Counted from the stretch's first letter, positions 1-13,098 are shown. The stretch: DNA of 64,000 bases from a bacterium (GCA_014360495.1 JACIXR010000012.1:4877-68876); one strand, 5' to 3'. The notes: generated by a model not told the origin, from the letters alone. Numbers and translations: made by a program.

Positions 1-1155
1 TCCTACTCCGTCTCTTTAGGTATTTTAGTAAAAGTGGGGGCAAAGGATGAGGAGGATGAGAAGGCAGGTATAGCTCATCTCCTTGAACATATGCTTTTCA
101 GGGGAAGCAAACGCTACGAAAGAACAGAAATCGCCAAAATAACCGATATGCTGGGAGGGGATTTCAACGGCTTAACTCATAAGGACTATACATTTTTCTA
201 TATAAGGGTTCCCCACGACAAGCTTGACATCGGGATGGATGTGCTTTTTGACATCTTTTTAAATCCAACTTTAGCAGAAGAAGATTTAGAGAAGGAAAAG
301 CAGGTGATATTGGAGGAGATTAGGGATAGGGATAACGACCCTGAGGAGGTAGCCAAGGAAAAGATTCTCTCCCTTGCCTGGGATGGGCATCCTATAGGCA
401 GGTCTATTCTTGGGACGGAAGAAACGCTTCTATCCATAGGCAAAAAGGATTTAGAAAACTTCCTTTCCCTTTACCATAATCCACAAGCGATAATCGTCTC
501 CGCTGCAGGGAGGATTGACGACTCTTCTTTTTTGAAAAAAGTGGAAAATCTTCTCCTGCCAATAAATGGCTGTAAGAAGCCCCCAAATGAACCTCCCAGC
601 TTCAGAGCCGGGGAATCTACGGTTCTACACCCTACTACCCAAGTGCATCTTTGTATTGCAATGGAAAGCGCTAAGGCAAGGGATGACTTCCATTACTCCT
701 ATAGTGTTTTAGCGACTTTGTTGGGTGGTGGAACCGCCTCTCGTCTCTTCCAAAAGCTAAGGGAGGAAAGGGGTCTTTGCTATGATGTGGAAGCAGAGGA
801 TTTAGCTTTGGAGGATTGCGGAATTTTGAACATCTATTCCGCTTCTCATCCGAATAATAAGGAGTTATTAAGAGAGCTGATTGAGGAGGAACTTGTTTCC
901 TTACGAGATAAAGGGGTGGATAGAGATGAATTGGAAAGGGCAAAAAGGCAGTTGCAAAACGCCATACTTCTCTCCTTGGAGACATCCCTCCAGAGGATGA
1001 TGCGCATAGCCCTTTCCCTTTTTTATAGAGGCAGAATCGTTCCCATAGAGGAAACTTTGGAGAGGATAGAAAGGGTTTCTGAAGAGGATGTCCAAGAGGC
1101 GATAAACCGCTCTTTAAATAAGGGAATCGCAGTCTTCTCCTTAATGCCCGCTTAA
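1..1155 (+). CDS. M16 family zinc metallopeptidase (insulinase-like), 5' end cut by window edge
   Basis: Frame is open from nt 1 (SVSLGILVKVGAKDE...). Inverted zinc motif HxxEH (HLLEHMLF) with typical M16 context. ORF track 34..1155. Confidence 0.85.
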   Translation, partial: SYSVSLGILVKVGAKDEEDEKAGIAHLLEHMLFRGSKRYERTEIAKITDMLGGDFNGLTHKDYTFFYIRVPHDKLDIGMDVLFDIFLNPTLAEEDLEKEKQVILEEIRDRDNDPEEVAKEKILSLAWDGHPIGRSILGTEETLLSIGKKDLENFLSLYHNPQAIIVSAAGRIDDSSFLKKVENLLLPINGCKKPPNEPPSFRAGESTVLHPTTQVHLCIAMESAKARDDFHYSYSVLATLLGGGTASRLFQKLREERGLCYDVEAEDLALEDCGILNIYSASHPNNKELLRELIEEELVSLRDKGVDRDELERAKRQLQNAILLSLETSLQRMMRIALSLFYRGRIVPIEETLERIERVSEEDVQEAINRSLNKGIAVFSLMPA

Positions 1156-1203
1156 ACAAAATTTCACCCTATTCCTTCCTTTCTCTAACGAAAATATCAA
1201 TAA

Positions 1204-1218
1204 TGATAATCATTATCA
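1204..1218. promoter_or_regulatory. Fur-box-like operator (perfect 7-1-7 TGATAAT-C-ATTATCA)
   Basis: TGATAATCATTATCA read directly. The wider 19-mer at 1199-1217, AATAATGATAATCATTATC, matches classical GATAATGATAATCATTATC at 18/19. It lies about 85 nt upstream of the 1303 CDS, next to two TTGACA hexamers (1220-1225, 1242-1247). Confidence 0.6.
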
Positions 1219-1302
1219 TTTGACACTAAAATATCACTGAATTGACACACCTGTTTGTTAGAATTCTTTATTAGAAACCACAAAGAAAGGAGGTGAAAAG
1301 AG

Positions 1303-2043
1303 ATGAAGAAAGGGTTCACCCTCATTGAACTCCTCGTCGTTATAGCCATCATCGCAATATTGGCGGCTATTCTTTTCCCCGTCTTCAGCCAGGCGAGGGA
1401 GAAAGCAAGGCAGGCATCCTGCTCCAGCAACATGAAGCAGATAGGGACGGCGCTCTTGATGTACGCTCAGGATTGGGATGAGAAATTCCCACCGAACAGG
1501 ATTTGGAATTCCATCAACGGACGGCACTACACTTGGCGCTATGCTATTATGCCCTACTTGAAGAACAGCCAGATATGGATATGCCCTTCCGCCCATCATT
1601 CCTGGAACGAGTTCGTCTGGACGAAGTTTGGCGGAGGAGATACGGGATGCGATGCAGATGTTGATATGACAATCGTGGACTATCAAAATGGCGTTGACCC
1701 CGAAAAACACGGTGCAAACTATTGCTACAACGGCAACGTGTTCAGCAACCCTATTAGCCAAGCGCAGATAGAAGCGCCCTCCCAGCTCATTATGGTGTTG
1801 GAGACATCGGACTACTGGCCGGACTTGGGTACTTGGACATTGGGCTGGCCTGGCTGGTATGGGGTTTGCGGACCCTATCCCTATCACAACAAAGGGATGA
1901 ACTTCGTGTTCGCGGATGGGCATGTGAAGTGGCTGAAGTTATCTCAGACCTTAGCGCCGACATTTATGTGGGATAATCCAAGCAGGGCTGGGCAATATGA
2001 CATAAACGCTCTGTTGAACTCCATCTATCCCGACTTCCGTTAA
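1303..2043 (+). CDS. Prepilin-type N-terminal cleavage/methylation domain protein with C-terminal H-X9-DG motif (DUF1559-like pseudopilin)
   Basis: N-terminus [28 protein letters not shown] (G|FTLIE prepilin signal). C-terminal [13 protein letters not shown] fits H-X9-DG. SD AAAGGAGGTGA upstream. Confidence 0.9.
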   Translation: MKKGFTLIELLVVIAIIAILAAILFPVFSQAREKARQASCSSNMKQIGTALLMYAQDWDEKFPPNRIWNSINGRHYTWRYAIMPYLKNSQIWICPSAHHSWNEFVWTKFGGGDTGCDADVDMTIVDYQNGVDPEKHGANYCYNGNVFSNPISQAQIEAPSQLIMVLETSDYWPDLGTWTLGWPGWYGVCGPYPYHNKGMNFVFADGHVKWLKLSQTLAPTFMWDNPSRAGQYDINALLNSIYPDFR

Positions 2044-2065
2044 TGCGAAGCTGACGACGAGGCTT

Positions 2066-2095
2066 GGGGGCGGACGGGTAAACCCGTCCGCCCCC
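2066..2095 (+). terminator. GC-rich stem-loop after the pseudopilin-like gene
   Basis: GGGGGCGGACGGG-TAAA-CCCGTCCGCCCCC, a perfect 13-bp stem 20 nt after the stop. No U-tract follows. Confidence 0.55.
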
Positions 2096-2184
2096 AAACA
2101 TTATTATCCCCAAATTCCCAATAAACTTTTCAAAAAACTATACTCACTTTCCAAAATTTACTAATATATCTATGGTGATAGTTT

Positions 2185-5100
2185 ATGCGAAATCCTAATT
2201 TAAAAAGCAAAATAACGACTCTCGTTCTTCTTTCATTCATTGGAACGCTTATATTTTCCCTCAAAGGAGGAATAGCTATGGCGGAACAACCGGAAAAGGT
2301 AGTTCAAGTCATCAATGAGATAAATCCCCAGGAGAAGGTTGGGGAACGACCTTATGAGATGGTCTGGGCTAATAGAAAGGAAGAACGTGAACCCCTCGTT
2401 GATTTTGAGAACCTTGAAGGATGGACAGTTGAATGCTATTCCGGAGCGAATGTAAAAGTGCAAAGAAGCAGGGAACAACAGATGTGGGGAGATTATGTTT
2501 GTAAAGTGACCTTTTCAGGCACTTCCCCCAATAGCAGGTTCGTCATCAAACCTCCCCAACCCATTCCGATAAAGGATAACTTTGATTGTATAAATCTTTG
2601 GGTTTACGGCAATAATTGGGGATGGGAGCCATTGGATAAAAATAATCCAAGGGTGGAAATCGCTATCCATTTCGTTGATTCAACCGGTAAGCTTTTCCGC
2701 ATTTATCTCTGGAATGTTATGTGGAAGGAATGGTTCCTCACACATAGAAGGATAGATGAGTCAATACTTAAGGAAATCTCCTTCCCTTGCTCCTTTACTG
2801 GTATTGAGATAAGAGGCTGTTCCAATCAGAAGGAAAGCACGATTTACCTTGATTCGCTTTACTTCTATAAAGAGGAGCTCAAGCCACTCTCCTTTGAGCC
2901 GAGACCGAAGAGGAACATAGAACCTCGCCCGGGGCAAAATCTGGGAACAAACACTGGCCCCGGCGTTTTGCCCTTCCCCACCCGCAAGGAAACTATCCTC
3001 CCAAGCAATTTTGAGACTTCCTTCAAAACAAGGGCTTGGAAATCAGGAGATAACGAGTTCAGCTTTGAATATGATGGCAAGGATGTGAATATAAGATATG
3101 TTTATTCACCAAAGGATGGAACATTCGGGGATATAAAGGTGTTCGTAAACGGGAAGGAAATCTGCCGTCCAATGAAGGAGGGCGGGATAAAGTTTGAGGG
3201 AAACTCTGAAGTGGAAAAGATGCAGTTGCGCTCGGCTGAATTGCAGGATGATATTCTCATTGCCATCTTCTCATCACCTTATGGCGATGTCCAATACAGG
3301 TTCTGGATCTGGCAGAAATCTCTCGTCATAGAGACGACCTGTCTCGGAGGTAAGGCAACCGAGCTGAATCTCGGATATGCTGATGAGCTGAAAGTTGAGC
3401 CAGAACTTATAAGGGTTCCTTATCTTGACCTCGCGCGTCCCTCCATCCTGCTTTTGAAGGGAGAAACTCCAGTTTTTATCTCCTGTTGGATAGATTGGTA
3501 TAATTCAAACGCTTCCGAGTATTACTGGGATTCTTGGACGAAGCGGGATTCGGCAAGATTCGCCCCCGGAACGAGATACATCCCTAAGACGGATGGGAAA
3601 AGAAACGACTTATTTGAGAGGATTTTCCTCACTGTTTCTCCCCTCTTTGAGGAGACCCTCCCCACCATAGCCAATCCACCCTCCCTTGTAGGAAAGATTG
3701 CCGGCGAGCATCTCTATCTTATGGGTTGGCTTAGGGATGTTTCCACAAAAGAGGATTTCGATAAAGAGCATGAGCTGTGCAAGAAGGAACTCTGGTCTTA
3801 TGGGATAAGAAAGCTGATGAAGCTCAGCCACGAGACAACTTGGAGGGATGCGGGAGAATCCTTCACGCTTCGTACCAAGGCAGGACCAAGGAAAGGAGGG
3901 GATGAGGCTTTAAAGGAATACACGAAGAAACAACAATCCTTAGGATGGTTATACGGCTATTATTCTAATTACACCGATTTCGCTCCCGTTAACGAAAACT
4001 GGAACGAGGATTTCGTATCCCGCTTGCCCAACAACGACTGGAGACCCGCTTGGCCGAGATGCTACAATTTGAAGCCAGCGAAGGCGGTTGAGTTTGATGC
4101 GAAGTTAGCGAAAATAGTTAAGGAGAAGTTCGGAATAGATTGCTCTTATACGGATGTCCATACCTGTGTTCCGCCCTGGGGCTATGTTGACTATGATGCG
4201 AGGGTTCCGGGAGCGGGGACATTCGCCGCCACATTCTACGCTTATGGAGAGCTCCTCTTAAATGACCAGCTGACTTATGGTCCAACATTTTCCGAGGGCA
4301 CTTGGCATTACCTCTACGCAGGGCTCACGACCGGGAATTACGCCCAATGTCCCGGTTATGATTTCTTCAACGAACCTTTATTTGTCTCATTTGACCTTTT
4401 GAAAATTCACCCTTTGGAATGCGATATTGATATGGGTCATTCACCCCTCTGGGGGCAAGGATTTGAGGAGAAAAGGGACGCACGTTATCCAGGCGAGAAT
4501 ATTGATAGATTGATTGGCGCAACTCTTGCCTATGGGCACATCGGCATTCTTTGTGGGAGGAACCCAACGGAGAATTGCCGTATCTATTATATGATACAGC
4601 AGGTGGCGAAACGCTATGCAATGGAGAAGGTGAAGAAGATAGAGTATGCGGATGAGAAAAATAGATGGTTCAACCCCGCGCAGGCAATCATCTCGGGCGT
4701 CATAAAGGAATCCAGGCTTCATGTTGAGTATGAAAATGGCTTGCATATATTCGTGAATTGGTCAAGGGATAAGGAATGGCAAGTCCCTTCAGAATTGACA
4801 AAGCCAATAAAAAAGAATATCGTCCTTCCTCCAAGCGGTTGGTGTGCCTTTGATGAGAAAGGCTTCTTTGAGGCATCCTATCTCAAGGATGGCAGTCGTG
4901 TGGATGAGGTTATCTCCCCTGAATATATCTATCTTGATGGAAGAGGAAAATGGGTAGAGAATGATTTCCTCTCAGCAAAATATGGCGCGGCGAGGATTCC
5001 CCTCGGCGATGGAAAAGAGGAGCTCATAAACATAGGGAACAAGGAAATCGGCGTGAAGGTGGATTCACCCATTAAATGCTATGCTTTGAATTACGACAGG

Positions 5101-7023
5101 GAGCCCATAAAGGAAGTGAAGGTGAGATATTCAAGGGGATATGCGTTTATTCCTTGTGAGAAAGACATTCACGGATATATGTTCATGACTGAGCCAAAAG
5201 ATGAAAGGGACATTGCTTCTTCCTTCAATCTCCAGTTCACGAAGGAGAGATTCGCGCCCGGAGATACAATCAAGGGGAAGATGAAAATAGGTCCCTTCCC
5301 CTCCCCCATTGAAATCGTTGAAATTGAAGTAGGATTGGAAGGAAGGGAAACCATAAAAGTGAAACCGATGAAAAGCTCGCTTAATGTTGGGGAAGCATAT
5401 CAGCAAACTTGCGAGATATCTCTTCCCTTTGACTTACCAGAAAACGAGCACTTTTGGATTGTGGGGAAGCTGAGAGCGAGAGTTGGGCAGGAGGAAAAGG
5501 AATTCGTCGCTTATGCCGATTTCTTCACAATCCCTCCCTTTGAAATAAAGCTTGAGAGAAATAGAATCGAACTTGAAGAGGGGAAAGCAACTCTTACCTT
5601 CAGATTCAAAAACAACCTTCAAGGTGCTCCTAGGGGAAGCATAAAGTTCTCCCTTGATGAGCCAAACCTTTCAATTGAACCCTCTGTGATTAACTTCCCT
5701 ACCGGTTTGGAAAGGACTTTCAAGATGAAGATAGAGCTTAAAGGGGATAGGAAGATAGAACGCGCTACTCTGAAAGCGGAGGTATCAGTGAAAAACCTGT
5801 CCTTGGCGAAGATATTTAATTTGAAAGTTGACGCATTCAAGCTGGTGGTCTTCAATTTCTACGATGGCTCCATTCCTTTCACTTGGCGGATTTGTTTTCG
5901 TGGGAAAGATGAAGAACCAGGGGATAGCAGGACAGGTGCTTCCTTTATCTCCAGGAAAAGTATGCCAGTAGGAGGGGTGGAGAAGGATGGGCTATTTTCC
6001 CACCCGCCTTATATAGGCGGTGTGGGTTATACAACCGCTATATTTGATTGGATAAAATTGCCTAAAGAGCCCACGGAATTTCATATGTTCATCGGTCTTA
6101 TGGATGGGGGAGACCCTTCCGATGGGGTGGATTACACGGTTCTCGCCCTAACCCGGGATGGGAAACAAATTGAGGTCCTCAAGGAACACGGAGAGCAAAA
6201 AAGATTGAAGGAGGTTTCCGCTGATTTATATTCCTTGGCGGGGAAGGAAGTGCAATTCAAGTTCATTGCTGATGTAGGACCAAACGACGATTCAACCGCT
6301 GATTGGGCTTGCTGGGGCGAGCCAGTTATTAGGTCTAAAAGCGAGAGATTCTTCATTCTGCTGAGAGAGGCAAGCAGGTGGGTATCGGCAAAGGAATTGG
6401 AGAAGGGGTTGGTTGCTTACTGGAGATTTGATGAGGGGCAGGGCGATTACGCTATGGATAGCTCCGGCTTTGGAAACACCGGCGAGATATTTGGAGCGGA
6501 ATGGGTGGAGGGAAAAACCGGCAAAGCCTTGAGATTTAACGGAGAAAACTCCTATGTGGAAGTAAAGCATTCAGAATTCCTTGTTCCCGAGCAATTCACT
6601 ATAGAAGCTTGGGTGAAGCCTGAGAGCTTGGTAGCAAGCGACCGCGGACCGATGGTTGTCTCAAAATATGGTGGGAATTGGAAAGGCTATATGCTTCTTT
6701 TGGAGGGAAACACGGGAAGACCCAGCCTACATATAGCTACTCCCCAAAAGGAAATTTCAGCCACGAGCTCAGAAGCTCTTGAGGTCGGCAAGTGGTATCA
6801 TATAGTAGGCACATACGATGGGAAGATGGCAAGAATTTACGTTAACGGAGTTCTTAGGGGTAGCGCCGAAGCGGAGCTAACGCAAGATATCGGTACCTCC
6901 TTAATGATTGGAAAAGCCTCTTGGTGTGATGGCGCCTATTTCAAGGGCGTGATAGATGAGGTCAAGATTTACGATAGAGCATTGAGCGAAGAGGAGATAC
7001 GAAAACATTTCGGTGGAGGGTAA
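2185..7023 (+). CDS. 1612-aa secreted multidomain protein with C-terminal LamG/concanavalin-A-like domain; probable carbohydrate-active or surface protein
   Basis: N-terminal signal-like segment. The last ~200 aa carry a LamG_3-type pattern (LVAYWRFDEG...GNTG...ALRFNGENSYVEV...WYHIVGTYDG...IYVNG...IDEVKIYDRALSEEEI). The central region is unassigned. Confidence 0.6.
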   Translation: MRNPNLKSKITTLVLLSFIGTLIFSLKGGIAMAEQPEKVVQVINEINPQEKVGERPYEMVWANRKEEREPLVDFENLEGWTVECYSGANVKVQRSREQQMWGDYVCKVTFSGTSPNSRFVIKPPQPIPIKDNFDCINLWVYGNNWGWEPLDKNNPRVEIAIHFVDSTGKLFRIYLWNVMWKEWFLTHRRIDESILKEISFPCSFTGIEIRGCSNQKESTIYLDSLYFYKEELKPLSFEPRPKRNIEPRPGQNLGTNTGPGVLPFPTRKETILPSNFETSFKTRAWKSGDNEFSFEYDGKDVNIRYVYSPKDGTFGDIKVFVNGKEICRPMKEGGIKFEGNSEVEKMQLRSAELQDDILIAIFSSPYGDVQYRFWIWQKSLVIETTCLGGKATELNLGYADELKVEPELIRVPYLDLARPSILLLKGETPVFISCWIDWYNSNASEYYWDSWTKRDSARFAPGTRYIPKTDGKRNDLFERIFLTVSPLFEETLPTIANPPSLVGKIAGEHLYLMGWLRDVSTKEDFDKEHELCKKELWSYGIRKLMKLSHETTWRDAGESFTLRTKAGPRKGGDEALKEYTKKQQSLGWLYGYYSNYTDFAPVNENWNEDFVSRLPNNDWRPAWPRCYNLKPAKAVEFDAKLAKIVKEKFGIDCSYTDVHTCVPPWGYVDYDARVPGAGTFAATFYAYGELLLNDQLTYGPTFSEGTWHYLYAGLTTGNYAQCPGYDFFNEPLFVSFDLLKIHPLECDIDMGHSPLWGQGFEEKRDARYPGENIDRLIGATLAYGHIGILCGRNPTENCRIYYMIQQVAKRYAMEKVKKIEYADEKNRWFNPAQAIISGVIKESRLHVEYENGLHIFVNWSRDKEWQVPSELTKPIKKNIVLPPSGWCAFDEKGFFEASYLKDGSRVDEVISPEYIYLDGRGKWVENDFLSAKYGAARIPLGDGKEELINIGNKEIGVKVDSPIKCYALNYDREPIKEVKVRYSRGYAFIPCEKDIHGYMFMTEPKDERDIASSFNLQFTKERFAPGDTIKGKMKIGPFPSPIEIVEIEVGLEGRETIKVKPMKSSLNVGEAYQQTCEISLPFDLPENEHFWIVGKLRARVGQEEKEFVAYADFFTIPPFEIKLERNRIELEEGKATLTFRFKNNLQGAPRGSIKFSLDEPNLSIEPSVINFPTGLERTFKMKIELKGDRKIERATLKAEVSVKNLSLAKIFNLKVDAFKLVVFNFYDGSIPFTWRICFRGKDEEPGDSRTGASFISRKSMPVGGVEKDGLFSHPPYIGGVGYTTAIFDWIKLPKEPTEFHMFIGLMDGGDPSDGVDYTVLALTRDGKQIEVLKEHGEQKRLKEVSADLYSLAGKEVQFKFIADVGPNDDSTADWACWGEPVIRSKSERFFILLREASRWVSAKELEKGLVAYWRFDEGQGDYAMDSSGFGNTGEIFGAEWVEGKTGKALRFNGENSYVEVKHSEFLVPEQFTIEAWVKPESLVASDRGPMVVSKYGGNWKGYMLLLEGNTGRPSLHIATPQKEISATSSEALEVGKWYHIVGTYDGKMARIYVNGVLRGSAEAELTQDIGTSLMIGKASWCDGAYFKGVIDEVKIYDRALSEEEIRKHFGGG

Positions 7024-7161
7024 GGAGTTAAATGATAAAAAGAGGATAGGCAGAGTTTCGGGGAAGATGTGATGTATTGAAGCGATGACACAAGGGAAAT
7101 GTTTATCAATTATTAGAGGGAATTAAAAGACTCCAACATATTATAAAATCACATACTTTCC

Positions 7162-7189
7162 TTGACTATTGAAAATATGTTGTTATAAT
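7162..7189 (+). promoter_or_regulatory. Sigma70-like promoter for the ABC fusion gene
   Basis: TTGACT (7162-7167), 16-nt spacer, TATAAT (7184-7189), preceded by TGT (extended -10). Confidence 0.6.
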
Positions 7190-7232
7190 ATTGCATTTGA
7201 TTTTAAACCATCCATTTGGAGGTGATTTAAGG

Positions 7233-10025
7233 ATGGTGAACTTAGAGGAACCGCCATTAGAGTTTTTAAGCGAGCTCAAAGACAGCAAGGGGGAGGAGGA
7301 GATAAAGCTTTCTCTTTCCACTGACCTCCCCGAGGATAAAGACAAAAAGGAGTGGCTCATTTTAACGGACAAGCGGTTGGCGGTAGTAGCGGAAGGCAAA
7401 GAAGGAAGCGAAATCAAAAAACTCATACCCATAACTGATATTGAGGATATCCGTTCCATTCCCCTCGTCGGCTGCGGCGTGCTGGAGGTCAAGGTTAATG
7501 GGGAATGGGTGAGGCTCATCCGCTACTCCAATGTGCTTGCTCCTCAATTTGCCCTTGCTTCAAGGGACATCTCCTTGCTCAAAGAAGGGAAGAGCGAGAT
7601 TCCTCCCGAGGAGGAAGAGCGCAAGTGTCCCAAGTGTGGGCTACCCCTTCCTCGTGGCTCAAAAGTATGCCCTCGCTGCTTACCCAAGGGGCAAGTCCTG
7701 CGCCGCCTCCTAACCTACGCAAAGCCCTATAAATGGTCATTAGCCCTAGCGGGAGCAATCAGTCTTCTCATAACAGGTTTAGACCTTGTTCCAATCTACC
7801 TCAACCGTTATTTGATGGACCACGTTTTCGTTCCCGCTGATGCTCATTTCCATAAGGGGTTACCATTAAGTGCTGCCGAGCTAAAGCATCTCAGCTTTAT
7901 GCTCGGCGTAATGGTCCTGGTCCTTCTCGCATTTCGGATTATAAACACCACGCTCACGATTTTGCGTGGAAGATTGACGGTGAGGACGGGTCAGAAGATA
8001 GTTTACGACCTCCGTTCCGCCTTATTCAAAAACCTCCAGCAGCTATCCGTTACCTTCTACGACAAATATCCCACGGGCTCTCTTATATCCCGCATAACTC
8101 AGGATACAGGCGCCCTGCAGGGATTCCTCGCCAACGACATACATCACTTCGCTGTTAACATCCTCCTTCTCATCGGTATAAGTGCTATACTCCTACAGAT
8201 GAACTGGCGTCTTGCCCTTCTCACCCTACTCCCCGCTCCCCTAATACTCTTCCTCGTTGGCTTCGTTTGGGGCTACATCTATATGAACTTTCGCAGGCTA
8301 TGGCATAGATGGAGCAGATTCGTAGCCGTGCTAAGCGACTCCCTTTCCGGGATAAGGGTAGTGAAGGCTTTCGCACAGGAGAAAAAGGAGGAAGACAGGT
8401 TTGATAGGAGGGCTAACGCCCTCTTTGAGGCTGCCACTCGTGCGGAGCAGACACAAGCAACCTTCGCCCCCATCCTTTCCCTCCTGATAAGTTCCACATC
8501 TCTGATAGTCCTTTATTTTGGAGGAAAGGATATAGTTGGCGGACAGATATCCACGGGAACCCTTTTCGCCTTCCTAAGCGCCTTGGGAATGCTTTTCGGA
8601 CCCCTGCAAGTCGTGATGAATATGAGCAACAGCATAGCAAATGCCCTCGCCGCTTCCGAAAGGGTATTTGAGATTATGGATATGGAGACGGAAGAATTGG
8701 AGGACAATAGGGAGAAGATTTCCCTCCCATATATTTATGGAAATGTGGAGTTCCGCAATGTCACTTTTGGCTACGACAAATATCAGCCAATCCTTCACAA
8801 TATAAACTTGAAGGTTAGGGCAGGCGAGATGGTCGGGATAGTCGGTCCGAGCGGAGCGGGAAAGACGACGATTATAAATCTGATCTGCCGATTCTACCTC
8901 CCAACCGAGGGACAAATTCTCATAGATGGAGTAGATATAAGGGATATCAATTTGCGCGACCTTCGCAGCCAGATTGGACTCGTTCCCCAGGAGCCTTTCC
9001 TTTTCCGAGGTTCAATAGCCGAGAATATCGCCTATTCCCGTTTGGATGTCCGTCCTGAGGAGATAATAAGGGCAGCAAAGGCTGCAAATGCCCATCATTT
9101 CATAACCTATTTCCCCGAGGGATACGATACTGTTGTAGGAGAACGAGGTGCAAGGGTATCAGGAGGAGAGAGGCAGAGGATAGCTATAGCTCGTGCTTTA
9201 GTGCATAATCCTCGCATTCTGATTTTAGATGAAGCTACATCCGCCGTTGATACGGAGGCGGAGAAGCAGATACAGGAAGCCCTCGCTCGCCTCGTCAAGG
9301 GGAGGACGACCTTTGCCATAGCCCATCGCCTCTCAACTTTGAGAATAGCGGACAAGATAATCGTTCTTAAGGGAGGAAGGATAGTTGAGCAAGGGACGAA
9401 TGAAGAGCTCCTTTCACGAAATGGGGAGTATAAAAAGCTCGTGGAATTGCAGGCTGGTCCTATAAGCGGACCCGAGCAGTGGGCGGTGAAAAGGGAAGAG
9501 ATAGAAGAAAGAGATATAGGACCCCTTTTCTTCCCTCCCAACACCACGAGATTTGAGAGGACTTCTGGCGGAGTTGTCAAGCTATGGGTTGAGGGTTTAG
9601 GCGAGTTTTCCAAGGTTATACTGAGGCGGTTATTCCCGCTTACGAATCCGACGAAGTATATAAGTGTTTGGAATGGCGATTATAGGAATGAGGAGCAGTT
9701 TGGGCAGGAGATTGGCGTGATAACGGATTTAGAAATGCTTGACCCAGAATCAAGGAGGGTGGTAGAGGAAGAACTTGAAAGGACATATTACATCGCTAAG
9801 ATAAAGAGGATAAGGTCTTTAAAGGACCTTTATGGATTCACGGAGTGGATAGTTGAGACGGAGATAGGGGAGAGGAAGTTTCTCACTTGGGGTTTGCATA
9901 GTAGCGTTATAGATATGGGCGAGAGGCGATTGATAATAGTTGATATAGACAACATATACTATGAGATAGAGGATTGGTCGTTATTGGACCCGAGGAGTTT
10001 GGGATTTATAAAGAGGATAATATAA
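7233..10025 (+). CDS. ABC exporter half-transporter (TMD-NBD) with N-terminal PH-like domain plus zinc ribbon and C-terminal DUF1854-like domain
   Basis: Walker A GPSGAGKTT, signature VSGGERQRIAIARAL, Walker B ILILDEATSAVD, H-loop AIAHRLS, and six predicted TM helices upstream. N-terminus has LILTDKRLAVV...VLEVKVNGEWVRL and CPKCGLPLPRGSKVCPRC. There is a 168-aa tail after the NBD. Start moved to ATG 7233 (GGAGG 10 nt upstream). Confidence 0.85.
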   Translation: MVNLEEPPLEFLSELKDSKGEEEIKLSLSTDLPEDKDKKEWLILTDKRLAVVAEGKEGSEIKKLIPITDIEDIRSIPLVGCGVLEVKVNGEWVRLIRYSNVLAPQFALASRDISLLKEGKSEIPPEEEERKCPKCGLPLPRGSKVCPRCLPKGQVLRRLLTYAKPYKWSLALAGAISLLITGLDLVPIYLNRYLMDHVFVPADAHFHKGLPLSAAELKHLSFMLGVMVLVLLAFRIINTTLTILRGRLTVRTGQKIVYDLRSALFKNLQQLSVTFYDKYPTGSLISRITQDTGALQGFLANDIHHFAVNILLLIGISAILLQMNWRLALLTLLPAPLILFLVGFVWGYIYMNFRRLWHRWSRFVAVLSDSLSGIRVVKAFAQEKKEEDRFDRRANALFEAATRAEQTQATFAPILSLLISSTSLIVLYFGGKDIVGGQISTGTLFAFLSALGMLFGPLQVVMNMSNSIANALAASERVFEIMDMETEELEDNREKISLPYIYGNVEFRNVTFGYDKYQPILHNINLKVRAGEMVGIVGPSGAGKTTIINLICRFYLPTEGQILIDGVDIRDINLRDLRSQIGLVPQEPFLFRGSIAENIAYSRLDVRPEEIIRAAKAANAHHFITYFPEGYDTVVGERGARVSGGERQRIAIARALVHNPRILILDEATSAVDTEAEKQIQEALARLVKGRTTFAIAHRLSTLRIADKIIVLKGGRIVEQGTNEELLSRNGEYKKLVELQAGPISGPEQWAVKREEIEERDIGPLFFPPNTTRFERTSGGVVKLWVEGLGEFSKVILRRLFPLTNPTKYISVWNGDYRNEEQFGQEIGVITDLEMLDPESRRVVEEELERTYYIAKIKRIRSLKDLYGFTEWIVETEIGERKFLTWGLHSSVIDMGERRLIIVDIDNIYYEIEDWSLLDPRSLGFIKRII

Positions 10026-10078
10026 AAAGGGATAGGCTTTGCATTCTGAAAGTTGCATAGGGAAGGATTGTAGCCTTA

Positions 10079-13098
<3,020 letters not shown>

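Noticed and set aside
10026-10078. Looked for a 5S rRNA or a terminator hairpin downstream of the 23S
   Set aside because: Only 53 nt are available, so no 5S can fit. Only 4-bp stems were found, which does not support a terminator call.
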